Source: Leptonemataceae bacterium (GTDB taxonomy: Bacteria; Spirochaetota; Leptospiria; Leptospirales; Leptonemataceae). Taken from it: 64,000 nt of DNA. Below the pieces are notes generated by a model that did not search any database, was not told the DNA's origin, and saw only the letters and a list, made by a program, of their open reading frames with translations. The DNA lies in NCBI GenBank assembly GCA_965227295.1, contig OZ245742.1, forward strand, positions 672,001 to 736,000. The letters are read 5' to 3'. The position numbers were made by a program, and so were the translations under genes. Within the stretch, counting starts at the first letter, position 1. Every line of letters starts with the position of its first letter. Shown one piece after another: positions 8,344 to 17,335 of the stretch.

Positions 8344-9572
8344 ACGAGGCAGAGAAAAATCCCCCGAATACCATTGCGACCTTAGCAGACCTCCTTCCGG
8401 GAGACCTGTGTGTTCGGCTCGGCGATGGTACATTTTCGTATCAGGAATTCCTGGACGGAGCACATCGTCCCGCATCTGTTCCAGCGCAATGCCGGGAAAA
8501 ACGTGGAAGCCTTAACTTTCAGGGAGTTGACATTTGTTCCATTGAACTGTCTCCGGACGGGCAGAACCTAACCATCCAGAGCAGACCCGTTTCCGTCGAA
8601 ACGATTCGAGCCGATGCTGTCGTTGAACTGAGCGCTGAAGTCGGCCGAACGTGGCTCGACCTGGGAGACGTGGCCGCTCTAAACAGCGGAACCGTGATCG
8701 AAGTAAACCGCCACCCCGATGAACCCATAACGCTCTTCATAGCCGGCCATGCCGTGGGTACGGCGCGACCGGTCCGCATCGACGACTTCTACGGGATTCG
8801 TGTGGAATCGCTATTTGAAATGGATGCGCTGGCAGCACGGCTGAATCAGGCCGGGCCGCTTGAGGACCGCATTCATCAAGCCTCGGTGATGGCAACAGAA
8901 CGTCCCGGAATCGAGAGCCGGCTCCTCTTCGGTCGAACACGCCTGAGGTATTCCGAACTGGCCGAACTCCACGTCGGTCAATTGCTCGCGTTAGATCGCA
9001 TCGTCGGCCTGCCCGCCGAGTTCGTACTGGACTCCGGGTTGCGTTTGCCGGCAGAAGTGTGTACGTCCGCCGACTTTCTCGCGGCCCGAATCATCGGCCG
9101 GCCTCTAAACCTGCTGCCCGAAATTGACACAGGCCGACGCATCGAATCGGATGATGAGCCTGAAGTGCCCGTTGCTGTTTCGGAACCAGGCGAAGGACGT
9201 TCGGAAACCGACGCATCGTCGCCGGTACCGGATCTGCAACTACCGGACGAGCCGACTGTGTTTGACGCCGCACAACTCGTGGATCCCGCCCTCGTTGCCG
9301 GAGTGCTGATCCCGGAACTCGATCAACTCATCGCCTTCGTGCTCGTTCACTTCACATCGGATCGGGCGGCGGAGGTGTTACGCAGGTTCCCGGAATCGCG
9401 ACAGGATAAAATCTTGCGGCGCATGTCAAAGATTGAATCAACCCGGGTCGACATCGACTACGAAGTAAACCGGGTCCTGATACGAAAGCTATACTATCGG
9501 CCTACTTCGAAGGAACACGACGGCCGCGCCACCGCCGATGAAATTCGCGCGGAACTGGAAAAACCCGGGTGA
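8340..9572 (+). CDS. Fusion of tandem FliN/SpoA domains with a FliG middle domain
   Basis: Two clear FliN-like units (LSAEVGRTWLDLGDVAALNSGTVIEV...GIRV; LLFGRTRLRYSELAELHVGQLLALDR), a possible third degenerate N-terminal unit, then FliG-M-like DPALVAGVLIPELDQLIAFVL...AAEVLRRFP...ILRRM...EVNRVLIRKL. ATGA overlap with the upstream gene. Confidence 0.75.
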   Translation: MNEAEKNPPNTIATLADLLPGDLCVRLGDGTFSYQEFLDGAHRPASVPAQCREKRGSLNFQGVDICSIELSPDGQNLTIQSRPVSVETIRADAVVELSAEVGRTWLDLGDVAALNSGTVIEVNRHPDEPITLFIAGHAVGTARPVRIDDFYGIRVESLFEMDALAARLNQAGPLEDRIHQASVMATERPGIESRLLFGRTRLRYSELAELHVGQLLALDRIVGLPAEFVLDSGLRLPAEVCTSADFLAARIIGRPLNLLPEIDTGRRIESDDEPEVPVAVSEPGEGRSETDASSPVPDLQLPDEPTVFDAAQLVDPALVAGVLIPELDQLIAFVLVHFTSDRAAEVLRRFPESRQDKILRRMSKIESTRVDIDYEVNRVLIRKLYYRPTSKEHDGRATADEIRAELEKPG

Positions 9573-9600
9573 TAAAACCTTCCAGCCGGGCAGCTCCGGC

Positions 9601-9844
9601 CCCCGTCCCCGTGCAATTCCGCGAGCAGAAAGTACAACCGGTGTTCCGGATCATCGATGACAAAATCCAGTGGCAATTCAAACGTCCGCAACCGCGGCGA
9701 ACCGATCGAAACCATCAACGCGGCAATCTTGCCATCGGTGTCAGCCGCCTCGAAACCATCGGCTCCATCCGCCAACACCGCAAGCCCGCGCTCAATCCAC
9801 TCAGCGCCGGGAAGATCCGCAGGAACAAGACCGCCCTCACTCAC
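9601..9844 (-). pseudogene. 3'-truncated small conserved hypothetical protein
   Basis: LPGAEWIERGL...LMVSIGSPRLR...DPEHRLYFLL resembles a small protein family whose usual tail (recalled as AHSxYNALIRRLVSFE) is missing; the frame runs on into the convergent FliN-FliG gene. Confidence 0.45.
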
Positions 9845-9907
9845 CCGACACTCTCACTCACCCACCAACCCGATCACACAAAACTCTGTGCCTCTGTGGC
9901 CAGAGGA

Positions 9908-11620
9908 TCACTGCCCACGCTTCTGATTCACCAATCGCTGCAAATCACTGAACTGCAACAGATCCCGCTGATCCTTGCCGGCGGCGATCATCGGAAAGAC
10001 CTTCTCATCCGCGGGGATCACCACTTCGAGAAACGCCGGCTCGTTCGGATCTTTCAGAAAAAACTCCACGCCGTCTTCGATCTCGTCCGGCTTCACGATG
10101 CGTTTGCCGGGGATGTCGAAGGACTCGGCAAGCTTGACGAAGTTCGGATTGTACTGCCACTCGGATTCCGAGAAGCGCTCTTCGAAGAACAGCTCCTGCC
10201 ACTGGCGGACCATGCCCAGAAAATCGTTGTTTAACAGTAAGATCTTCACGCCCAGGTTGTACTGGCGGATCGTCGCGAGTTCTTGAATGCACATCTGGTA
10301 CGAGCCGTCGCCGGTGACGCAGATCACCAGGTCGTCGGGCTTCGCAAATTTTGCGCCGATGGCCGCGGGCAGGCCGTAGCCCATGGTGCCCAGGCCGCCG
10401 GACGTGAGCCAGCGATTCGGTTCGTCGAAGAGATAGTACTGCGCCGCCCACATCTGGTGTTGACCCACGTCCGTCGAAACGATGGCCTTGCCCTGCGTGA
10501 CCTCGTAGATTCTCTCCAGCATGCGCTGCGGTTTGATGACTTCGCTGCTGTCTTCGTACGCGAGCGGAAACTTCTGTTTGTACGCATCTAAGTGATTCAC
10601 CCACTCCGATCGATCTTTCTTTTCAACGTACGGCAGGAGCGCCTGGAGCACGTCTTTGAGATCGCCGGAAACGTAATGATCCACCGTAACGCGCTTGTTG
10701 ATTTCGGCGGGGTCGATGTCGATGTGCGCACGCACGGCCTGTTCAGCAAACTGATCGGCACGTCCCGCAACGCGATCGTCGAAGCGCGCGCCGAGGGAAA
10801 AAATAAAATCACATTCGAGGATGGCCTTGTTCGCGTACGCCGTGCCGTGCATGCCGGGCATGCCCACGGACAAAATGTGCGATCCCGGAAACGCGCCGAG
10901 GCCCATCAACGTACACGTGACCGGCGCCATGGCTTTTTCGGCCAGCGAACGCACCTCGTGCGCCGCGTTGGCGTTGATGGCGCCGCCGCCGACATACAAC
11001 AACGGTCGCTCCGCGTTATTCAGCGCTTCGGCCAGCGCTTCGACATCGCCCTGTACCGGCGGATGCTTCAGGAAACGTTTGCTTAACTTCGGCTCGCTGC
11101 TGAACACAGACGTCGGCGCATTCTGCACGTCTTTCGGAAGATCGATCAACACCGGACCCGGGCGGCCCGTCGTGCACATGGTCCACGCCTCGGCGAAGAT
11201 CTGCGCGAGTTCGTCCACGTCTTTGATGAGCGCGTTGTATTTCGTAACCGGCAGGGTAATGCCGAAGATGTCCGCCTCCTGGAAGGCGTCCGAGCCGATG
11301 GCGGCCGTGGGAACCTGGCCGGTAATGACGAACAACGGGATACTGTCCATCTTCGCGTCGCAGAGGCCGGTGATGGTGTTCGTCGCACCGGGGCCGCTGG
11401 TGACGATGGCGACGCCGGGCCGGCCGGTGGCACGAGCGTAGCCCTCGGCCATGTGCACGGCACCCTGCTCGTGTCGCACGAGGATGTGTTTGATGTTGGA
11501 ATGATACAGTTCGTCGTAGAACGGAAGAATCGCGCCGCCGGGATAGCCGAAGACGAGGTCCACCCCGTGCGATTCGAGGAGTTCCACAAGCAGGCGCGCG
11601 CCGGTTTTCGTAGCAGTCAT
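9908..11620 (-). CDS. ilvB: Acetolactate synthase large subunit
   Basis: [43 protein letters not shown] motif GDGS...NN. Confidence 0.95.
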   Translation of the reverse strand: MTATKTGARLLVELLESHGVDLVFGYPGGAILPFYDELYHSNIKHILVRHEQGAVHMAEGYARATGRPGVAIVTSGPGATNTITGLCDAKMDSIPLFVITGQVPTAAIGSDAFQEADIFGITLPVTKYNALIKDVDELAQIFAEAWTMCTTGRPGPVLIDLPKDVQNAPTSVFSSEPKLSKRFLKHPPVQGDVEALAEALNNAERPLLYVGGGAINANAAHEVRSLAEKAMAPVTCTLMGLGAFPGSHILSVGMPGMHGTAYANKAILECDFIFSLGARFDDRVAGRADQFAEQAVRAHIDIDPAEINKRVTVDHYVSGDLKDVLQALLPYVEKKDRSEWVNHLDAYKQKFPLAYEDSSEVIKPQRMLERIYEVTQGKAIVSTDVGQHQMWAAQYYLFDEPNRWLTSGGLGTMGYGLPAAIGAKFAKPDDLVICVTGDGSYQMCIQELATIRQYNLGVKILLLNNDFLGMVRQWQELFFEERFSESEWQYNPNFVKLAESFDIPGKRIVKPDEIEDGVEFFLKDPNEPAFLEVVIPADEKVFPMIAAGKDQRDLLQFSDLQRLVNQKRGQ

Positions 11621-11737
11621 GGTCGAGTATCCTGAAACAGTTTCTCAGATGACAGGATCGCCGGAATAGCCCAGAAAGGCAAGTACTCGCAGGGCCGGAG
11701 CCCGCATCATCTTGAAAGTCCGGAGGATTTCTCTCAT

Positions 11738-12166
11738 ATGATTACACAAAACAACCTGTCCCGCAAAGCATTACTCGGCCGCGCCGGTGCCCTCCTGGCC
11801 GCCGTCGCCGTGGTACCCTACTGCAGCCGCACGGCCCACGCAGCCGATCCGCTCACGGCGTCAGCCCTGGACTGCGTCGGCATCGGGGAAGAGTGTCTCA
11901 CCCACTGCCTCGAAAGTCTGAGCAAGGGCGACGACTCCCTCAAACGCTGCGCCGTCACGGTCCGCGACACGATCACGGCCTGCGAGGCCCTGGCCGGTTT
12001 CTCCGCCGCGAAGTCCGAACACCTCGCCGCGTACATCCCCGTGTGCAAAAAGATCTGCGAGGACTGCCGCGACGAATGTGAAAAGCACGCGAAGCACCAC
12101 GACATCTGCAAACGCTGTGCGGATGCCTGCGCCGCATGCATCGATGCAATGAACGCAGTGGCGTAA
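11738..12166 (+). CDS. Four-helix-bundle copper storage protein (Csp1/2-like), probably Tat-exported
   Basis: LSRKALL Tat-like signal ending AHA; 13 Cys in the mature part arranged as CxxxC/CxxC (CKKICEDCRDEC, HHDICKRCADACAAC); GGAGG RBS. Confidence 0.85.
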   Translation: MITQNNLSRKALLGRAGALLAAVAVVPYCSRTAHAADPLTASALDCVGIGEECLTHCLESLSKGDDSLKRCAVTVRDTITACEALAGFSAAKSEHLAAYIPVCKKICEDCRDECEKHAKHHDICKRCADACAACIDAMNAVA

Positions 12167-12261
12167 TGGATTATGAATTCTTGCGCCAGGACATACAGGT
12201 TTGAAGAGGTCGCGCGGACATTCTGATCCTTGAGAATAGTCTGTGTATCAGGTAAGATTCA

Positions 12262-12374
12262 TTTGGGCGCATCGCCGCTGCGCGGCGACCGGGCTTTCCA
12301 GGGCTCCGCTATCGCTTCGGTCTTTGCTGCGCAAAGACTCGCTTCGCGACCCTTCCAATCCCTTGCGCGAAGAA
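12262..12374 (+). repeat. Multi-hairpin dispersed repeat, copy 1
   Basis: TTTGGGCG..TCGCCGC-TGC-GCGGCGA..GGGCTTTCCAGGG...GTCTTTGC-TGC-GCAAAGAC-TCGC-TTC-GCGA-CCCTTCCAATCCC..GCGCGAAGAA; homologous to 24453-24572 and to the reverse complement of 24264-24383. Confidence 0.85.
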
Positions 12375-12391
12375 ACAAAAAGAACCGCAAA

Positions 12392-13474
12392 ATGGAACTG
12401 AAGGACATCGCATCTTACCAGAAGAGTCTCGATAAACTCGATCTGGAAAACCCGCCGGTCCTCATGGTCTCCGGCACGGACCCCGGTGCGGCCGAGCGCC
12501 TCACCGAACGGCTGCGCGGACGGCTGCGCAAAGAGGTCGGCCAGTACGAGACGCTGATCTTCTCCGGCGAGCAAGGTGACGATGAACGCTTCTTAGAAGA
12601 GATCGCCAACGTGCCGCTGTTCTCCCCGTACCGGCTCATCCTCATTCGCCAGGCCGAGGAGTTGTTCAAAGGCGCGTTGCAATCGAAAGCGCAGCAGTCC
12701 GCGTTCGAGCAGGCCTTTTCCCAGGCGGCCGCGCGCACGCTGGTCTTCCTCGTCTACGAAGGCAGTCCGCCGCAGAAGTTAGTGAAGATCCTGCACGGCG
12801 CCGACAAAGAGCGCGACGGGCTGCTGCATCTCGTAACGCGGGATCTGTTTTCGAATCAGATCCTGGATCAAATCCGTCACGCTGCGAAACGCTCGCAGCT
12901 CAACCTCAGCGAAGAAGCGGTGCACCTCATGCGCGAACACCTGGAACCGCGCGCCGGGGTCATCGAACGCACTCTGCAACGATTGAACGACATGCTCAGC
13001 GAGCAGCAACGCGCGAACGTGATCGGCGTGGACGAGGTTCGCGAGGTCTTGTTTCCGGGACAGGGCGCGAACTCGTTCGCCCTCGTCGATGCCCTCTTCG
13101 CGTTGGACCAGCCCACCGTGCAGCGCGAGCTGGTTCGCTGGAATCCGAACCACGACTCGTTCTTCAGCGTGTTGAAGCTCATGCTCATGCGCGCGGATGA
13201 AATCCGCAAGGCTCGCATCGGCATCGGCATGTCCATGAACGACGCCGAGTTGATCGACTTCCTGGGCCTCAAGTCCCGCCACCCATACGTTCAAAAGAAG
13301 GTCCTCAGCCGCGTCAAAATGGAAGTGAACACGTTCACGCCGCAACGCCTCACGGATATCTACGAATTCCTGATCCAGATCCAGCACGACTTTCGCAGCA
13401 ACGTCTCCGTGCACCGGCACAACCTCATCTTTCAAGAACGCATCAGCCGCGTGTTTTTTCAAACAACGCATTGA
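12392..13474 (+). CDS. holA: DNA polymerase III delta subunit
   Basis: PLFSPYRLILIRQAE motif, EEAVHLM clamp-loader region, FALVDAL collar; ~360 aa. The upstream ORF-track extension is just the repeat. Confidence 0.75.
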   Translation: MELKDIASYQKSLDKLDLENPPVLMVSGTDPGAAERLTERLRGRLRKEVGQYETLIFSGEQGDDERFLEEIANVPLFSPYRLILIRQAEELFKGALQSKAQQSAFEQAFSQAAARTLVFLVYEGSPPQKLVKILHGADKERDGLLHLVTRDLFSNQILDQIRHAAKRSQLNLSEEAVHLMREHLEPRAGVIERTLQRLNDMLSEQQRANVIGVDEVREVLFPGQGANSFALVDALFALDQPTVQRELVRWNPNHDSFFSVLKLMLMRADEIRKARIGIGMSMNDAELIDFLGLKSRHPYVQKKVLSRVKMEVNTFTPQRLTDIYEFLIQIQHDFRSNVSVHRHNLIFQERISRVFFQTTH

Positions 13475-13546
13475 TGATCCGCACTTCTGACACGCCCCGA
13501 ATCTAAGTGTAAGTGCCCTGAAGTTAGTCCGGGCGTCCGGAACAGG

Positions 13547-14263
13547 TCAATCCGCATAGATATACTGCGCCGGCGCGAGATTCCCGCCGTCGTCGTACTC
13601 GACCTGGCCGGAACCGGTTGCATCGTCGAGCCGATAGATCATCGGTATGTTCGAATCCGCCAGGACAATGCGATCGTTCCCGTCGACCCACAAACCACGT
13701 ATGCCCTGGAACGGCGTGCCGTTGGAACCGTCGTACTCGCTCTGGTTCGTCCCGGACATGTCGTCGAAGCGGTATAACAGGCCGTGGATCAGGTCCGCCA
13801 CCAGGATGCGCCCGCTCGCATCCAGACCGACGCCGAAGGGCCGGTTGAACGTTGTGCCGTTGCTGCCGTCGTACACAACTTCGCCGGCGCCGCTGATGTC
13901 ATCGTAACGATAGAGCTCCCCGCTGAACGTCGAAGTAACGTAAATGCGACCGCTACCATCGACGGTGATGCCCTGCACGTTATTCCAGCCCGGCCGGCTC
14001 AGCTCCGCCTGGTTCGTACCGCTCATATCTTCAAAGCGATACACGAGCGCATCACTGTTATCGTTGACGAAAATCCGCAACGGTTCCGATGCCTCTTCCG
14101 TGATCGGTGCCGGCACTCGCTGTAGTGCCAGTGTTTGCAGCAGGATCGCTCCGGCCGGCCCGCAGGTGATATCCGATGAGTTGCACAATTGCGCCGGCAG
14201 ACAGGCTCCACACAGGGCGGTGAGGATTGCAGCCGGCAGGATCAGCAGTCGCAAAACCGTCAT
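13547..14263 (-). CDS. Lipoprotein with about 4 NHL-like beta-propeller repeats
   Basis: Lipobox LCGAC; repeats of L/IYRF(Y)DD(M/I)SG...YDGSNGT.F..(P).G..VD..GRI.V.D. Confidence 0.75.
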   Translation of the reverse strand: MTVLRLLILPAAILTALCGACLPAQLCNSSDITCGPAGAILLQTLALQRVPAPITEEASEPLRIFVNDNSDALVYRFEDMSGTNQAELSRPGWNNVQGITVDGSGRIYVTSTFSGELYRYDDISGAGEVVYDGSNGTTFNRPFGVGLDASGRILVADLIHGLLYRFDDMSGTNQSEYDGSNGTPFQGIRGLWVDGNDRIVLADSNIPMIYRLDDATGSGQVEYDDGGNLAPAQYIYAD

Positions 14264-14335
14264 GGGCCGATCCTACTTGATCATGCCGGGCGAGTCGTCT
14301 CGCTCGGCCGAAAGTTACCACTACGGGACTAAGGG

Positions 14336-15055
14336 TTGACGCGAAATGCGGAGACCGGCGTGCTTCGCATCGTGGCTCATCTGGCCGGGAACATAACGCT
14401 GGTGGTCGGCGGCCTGAGCGCGTTCACCGCGGCGCTGTTTTTGTTTTCGCCGAAGGGCCGCCCGGCCTCCCTCTACGTGGGTTACCTGTTGCTGCTCGTC
14501 TTTCTCATCTACGCCACGCGCTTCAGCATTCAGCAGGGCCTGGCGTTTGCGCCGTACCTGGCTTTACTCGCGTTTCCCCTGGCGCCGCTTCACGGCCCGC
14601 TCGTCGAAGCCTATCTGCGCAAATCCTTTTTCGAGAAGCCGAATACTCCGCCGGCTTACACGCCGGCCGCAACAGCGGCGCTGCGGGAATCCGCATCGCG
14701 CACCGTGGAGGAAATCGAAGCACACCGGCGCATCGCCGACGCCGTTCGCGAGGTTTTCAAGGACGATCGCCTGCATTTGAACGAGGAGCTGTCGTTAATG
14801 GATCTTGCGCGCGAGTTAGGAGAGTCGCGGCATACGATGTCCGCTGTGATCAGCGCGGAGTTCGATACGAATTTCTACGGCCTGGTGAATCGCTATCGCG
14901 TGAACGAGGCCCGGGAGCTGCTGCGCGACCCGGACCTCGCCGACGAAACGATTCTGAACATTGCGTATCGCTCCGGCTTTCGCAGCAAGGCCGTGTTCAA
15001 TCGCGTATTCAAAGAATTCACCGGACAAACGCCGGGGGAGTTTCGTGGTTCGTAG
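14336..15055 (+). CDS. AraC-family regulator with N-terminal membrane segments
   Basis: LSLMDLARELG, NFYGLVNRYRV, IAYRSGFRSKAVFNRVFKEFTGQTPGEFR; about 3 N-terminal TM segments. Confidence 0.85.
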   Translation: MTRNAETGVLRIVAHLAGNITLVVGGLSAFTAALFLFSPKGRPASLYVGYLLLLVFLIYATRFSIQQGLAFAPYLALLAFPLAPLHGPLVEAYLRKSFFEKPNTPPAYTPAATAALRESASRTVEEIEAHRRIADAVREVFKDDRLHLNEELSLMDLARELGESRHTMSAVISAEFDTNFYGLVNRYRVNEARELLRDPDLADETILNIAYRSGFRSKAVFNRVFKEFTGQTPGEFRGS

Positions 15056-15069
15056 GCGCACTACCGCCG

Positions 15070-15255
15070 TCAAGAATCCGACAGCAACTTGCCTTTCTTC
15101 GCCCAGTTATCCCGCGATACTTCATCAATGACGATGTACGTGGCTTCCGGCGGTTTGCCGGCGACGTCCTGCATCACCTTCGTGATGCCCGCGACGATGT
15201 CCTTTTTCTGATCGGTCGAGAGTTCGCCCGCGACCTTTACGTTGATGTACGGCAT
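15070..15255 (-). CDS. 4-oxalocrotonate tautomerase family protein
   Basis: 61 aa, catalytic Pro1 (MPYINV), IVIDEVSRDNWAKKG. Confidence 0.9.
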   Translation of the reverse strand: MPYINVKVAGELSTDQKKDIVAGITKVMQDVAGKPPEATYIVIDEVSRDNWAKKGKLLSDS

Positions 15256-15332
15256 TCACGCAAAACGCGCTCTGAAGGCCAGCGGTCAATCTTTTCAGTT
15301 GTCCCCAGACCCGCCCGCCGGATCGTCGTATC

Positions 15333-16655
15333 ATGCGCCCCGCGGTCTACGTCCTCTCCACCGGCACCGAACTCAGCACCGGCCGATCCATCGATACCAA
15401 CGCCCCGTTCATCGCCCGCATGCTCGCCGAGCGCGGCTTTGCCGTCGCCGGCCTGGGCACCCTGCCCGACGACTACGACATCCTCAAAAAAGAAGTCACC
15501 CACGTCCTGGAACGACCCGACGTCGAGATCGTCATCATGACCGGCGGCCTGGGCCCCACCGACGACGACCTCACCGTCGACGTGCTCGCGGAGATCGCCG
15601 GCTCGGAACCCATGGAAGATCCCGATCATCTGCGCAAGCTGGAAGTCCTCGCGAAACGATTCTCGCGTCGCCTGGACCTGGCAAGTACGCGTCGCCAGGT
15701 CCGCATCGTCAAAGGGGCGCGCACCCTGCGGAATGAACGCGGCCTCGCGCCCGGCATGGCCCTCGAAGTACACAGTGCCGGCAAAACAAAGATTGTCGCC
15801 GCCATGCCCGGTGTGCCGCAGGAAATGGAGCAGATGATGCGCACCGACCTCGTGCCGTTCCTGGAAGAACGTTACGCGGACAGCGAGCGCGGGCGTTCCG
15901 TCTTCTACATCTACAACATGGGCGAGTCGGAGTTCCAGGCCCGCTTCTTCGGTACCGGCCGGGACGCCGCGCGCATGAAAACCGAAGCGGTCTTCGAGGA
16001 ACACGACTTCCCGCCTGGTTTTCGCTGGGGGGTGACCGCGGCCGCCGGACATCTAAAAGTTTTTTTCGAAGCGGAAAGCGCGAGCGCCATCGAGGCGATG
16101 CAGCAGCGCGTCGAGTCCGAACTGCAAAGCCAGTTTCTCACCGACACCGTGGAAGATGCGCTGCACGAGTACTGCCTGGACGCAAACGTTACCATCGCCG
16201 TGGCGGAGTCCTGCACCGGCGGACTCATCGGCAAGATTCTGACCGACCGCCCCGGGAGCTCCGGCTACTTTCTCGGCAGCCTCGCCACCTACGCCAACGC
16301 CGCAAAGGCAAACGTCTTAGGTGTTCCTGAGAGTATTTTAGTCGAGCACGGCGCCGTGAGCGCGGCCTGCGCCCGGGCCATGGCCGAGGGTGCCCTGCGC
16401 GTCCTCGGGGCCGACTACGCCGCCGCGGTCACGGGCATCGCCGGGCCGGGCGGCGGCAGCGACGAAAAACCGGTGGGCACGGTGTTCGTCGCCCTCGCCG
16501 GCAAAGACCGGGCGACCATCGTAGACCATCTCATGATCCCCCTCGACCGCGACCGCATGCGCAACTATACCGCGCGCATTGCACTCTTCGATCTTTACCG
16601 TTACATGCGCGGAACCTACGTGGAGGTCGGGCGTTTCCGTCCGCCCCGATCCTGA
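15333..16655 (+). CDS. cinA: CinA: molybdopterin-binding-like domain fused to PncC NMN deamidase
   Basis: GTELSTG..DTN, TGGLGPTDDDLT, PGVPQEM, AESCTGG, HGAVS, TGIAGPGGG..KPVGTV. Confidence 0.92.
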   Translation: MRPAVYVLSTGTELSTGRSIDTNAPFIARMLAERGFAVAGLGTLPDDYDILKKEVTHVLERPDVEIVIMTGGLGPTDDDLTVDVLAEIAGSEPMEDPDHLRKLEVLAKRFSRRLDLASTRRQVRIVKGARTLRNERGLAPGMALEVHSAGKTKIVAAMPGVPQEMEQMMRTDLVPFLEERYADSERGRSVFYIYNMGESEFQARFFGTGRDAARMKTEAVFEEHDFPPGFRWGVTAAAGHLKVFFEAESASAIEAMQQRVESELQSQFLTDTVEDALHEYCLDANVTIAVAESCTGGLIGKILTDRPGSSGYFLGSLATYANAAKANVLGVPESILVEHGAVSAACARAMAEGALRVLGADYAAAVTGIAGPGGGSDEKPVGTVFVALAGKDRATIVDHLMIPLDRDRMRNYTARIALFDLYRYMRGTYVEVGRFRPPRS

Positions 16656-17197
16656 TGCCGTTGGATCTTACCGACTACTACGCATTGCTCACGTTGCCGG
16701 ACGACGAACTATTGCAGCAATGCAAACGCAGCAACCACCAGGCCTCCGGCCCCGGCGGCCAAAAGCGCAACCGGGTCTACAGCGCGGTGCGCCTGGAACA
16801 TGCGGCGGCGGACCTCCGCGCGGAAGCGTCCGAGTACCGCGAAGCCGGGCGCAACTTAACAGACGCTCTGCAAAAGTTACGCCTGGCCGCGGCCTTCCAG
16901 GGGGCGGCCCTGGTTCCGTTTGTTCCGGCCGAAGATGCGCCGCCGGCGGAAATCCCCGAAGCGCCGCCGGAGTATCCGGCGTTCCGTGCGAAGATCAATC
17001 CCGGCCACCGGGACTTCCCCGCCGTAGTTCTGCTCGCACTGATCGCCCTGCGCCTGGGCCGGTCGGAACCCCGGCCGGCCGCCGAACGCCTCGGCGTGAC
17101 CACGTCGCAACTCGTCAAGTTCCTGAAGATCGACAAGGCCGTGCTCGCCCGGGCCAACGAACTCCGCACGCGCGCCGGCCGACCACGACTCCAGTAG
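16655..17197 (+). CDS. Peptide chain release factor-like (RF-1/GGQ domain) protein with C-terminal HTH-like region
   Basis: ASGPGGQKRNRVYSAVRLEH; AAERLGVTTSQLVKFL; TGATG overlap with cinA. Confidence 0.8.
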   Translation: MPLDLTDYYALLTLPDDELLQQCKRSNHQASGPGGQKRNRVYSAVRLEHAAADLRAEASEYREAGRNLTDALQKLRLAAAFQGAALVPFVPAEDAPPAEIPEAPPEYPAFRAKINPGHRDFPAVVLLALIALRLGRSEPRPAAERLGVTTSQLVKFLKIDKAVLARANELRTRAGRPRLQ

Positions 17198-17335
17198 CGC
17201 CCCGCAACAATCCCGTGGCGATTCAATACCGCCGGACGTCGCCCCGGGATACGTGTCTATTTTATCCACGTCGCAGTTTTTCCTAATGCGACATAAAATC
17301 TTGCCGCCATTTCGCGGCGTGTAACACTGGTACAC

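Noticed and set aside
9884-9900. CTCTGTGCCTCTGTGGC, resembling a REP-like short repeat
   Set aside because: Only one copy in the window and no inverted partner.
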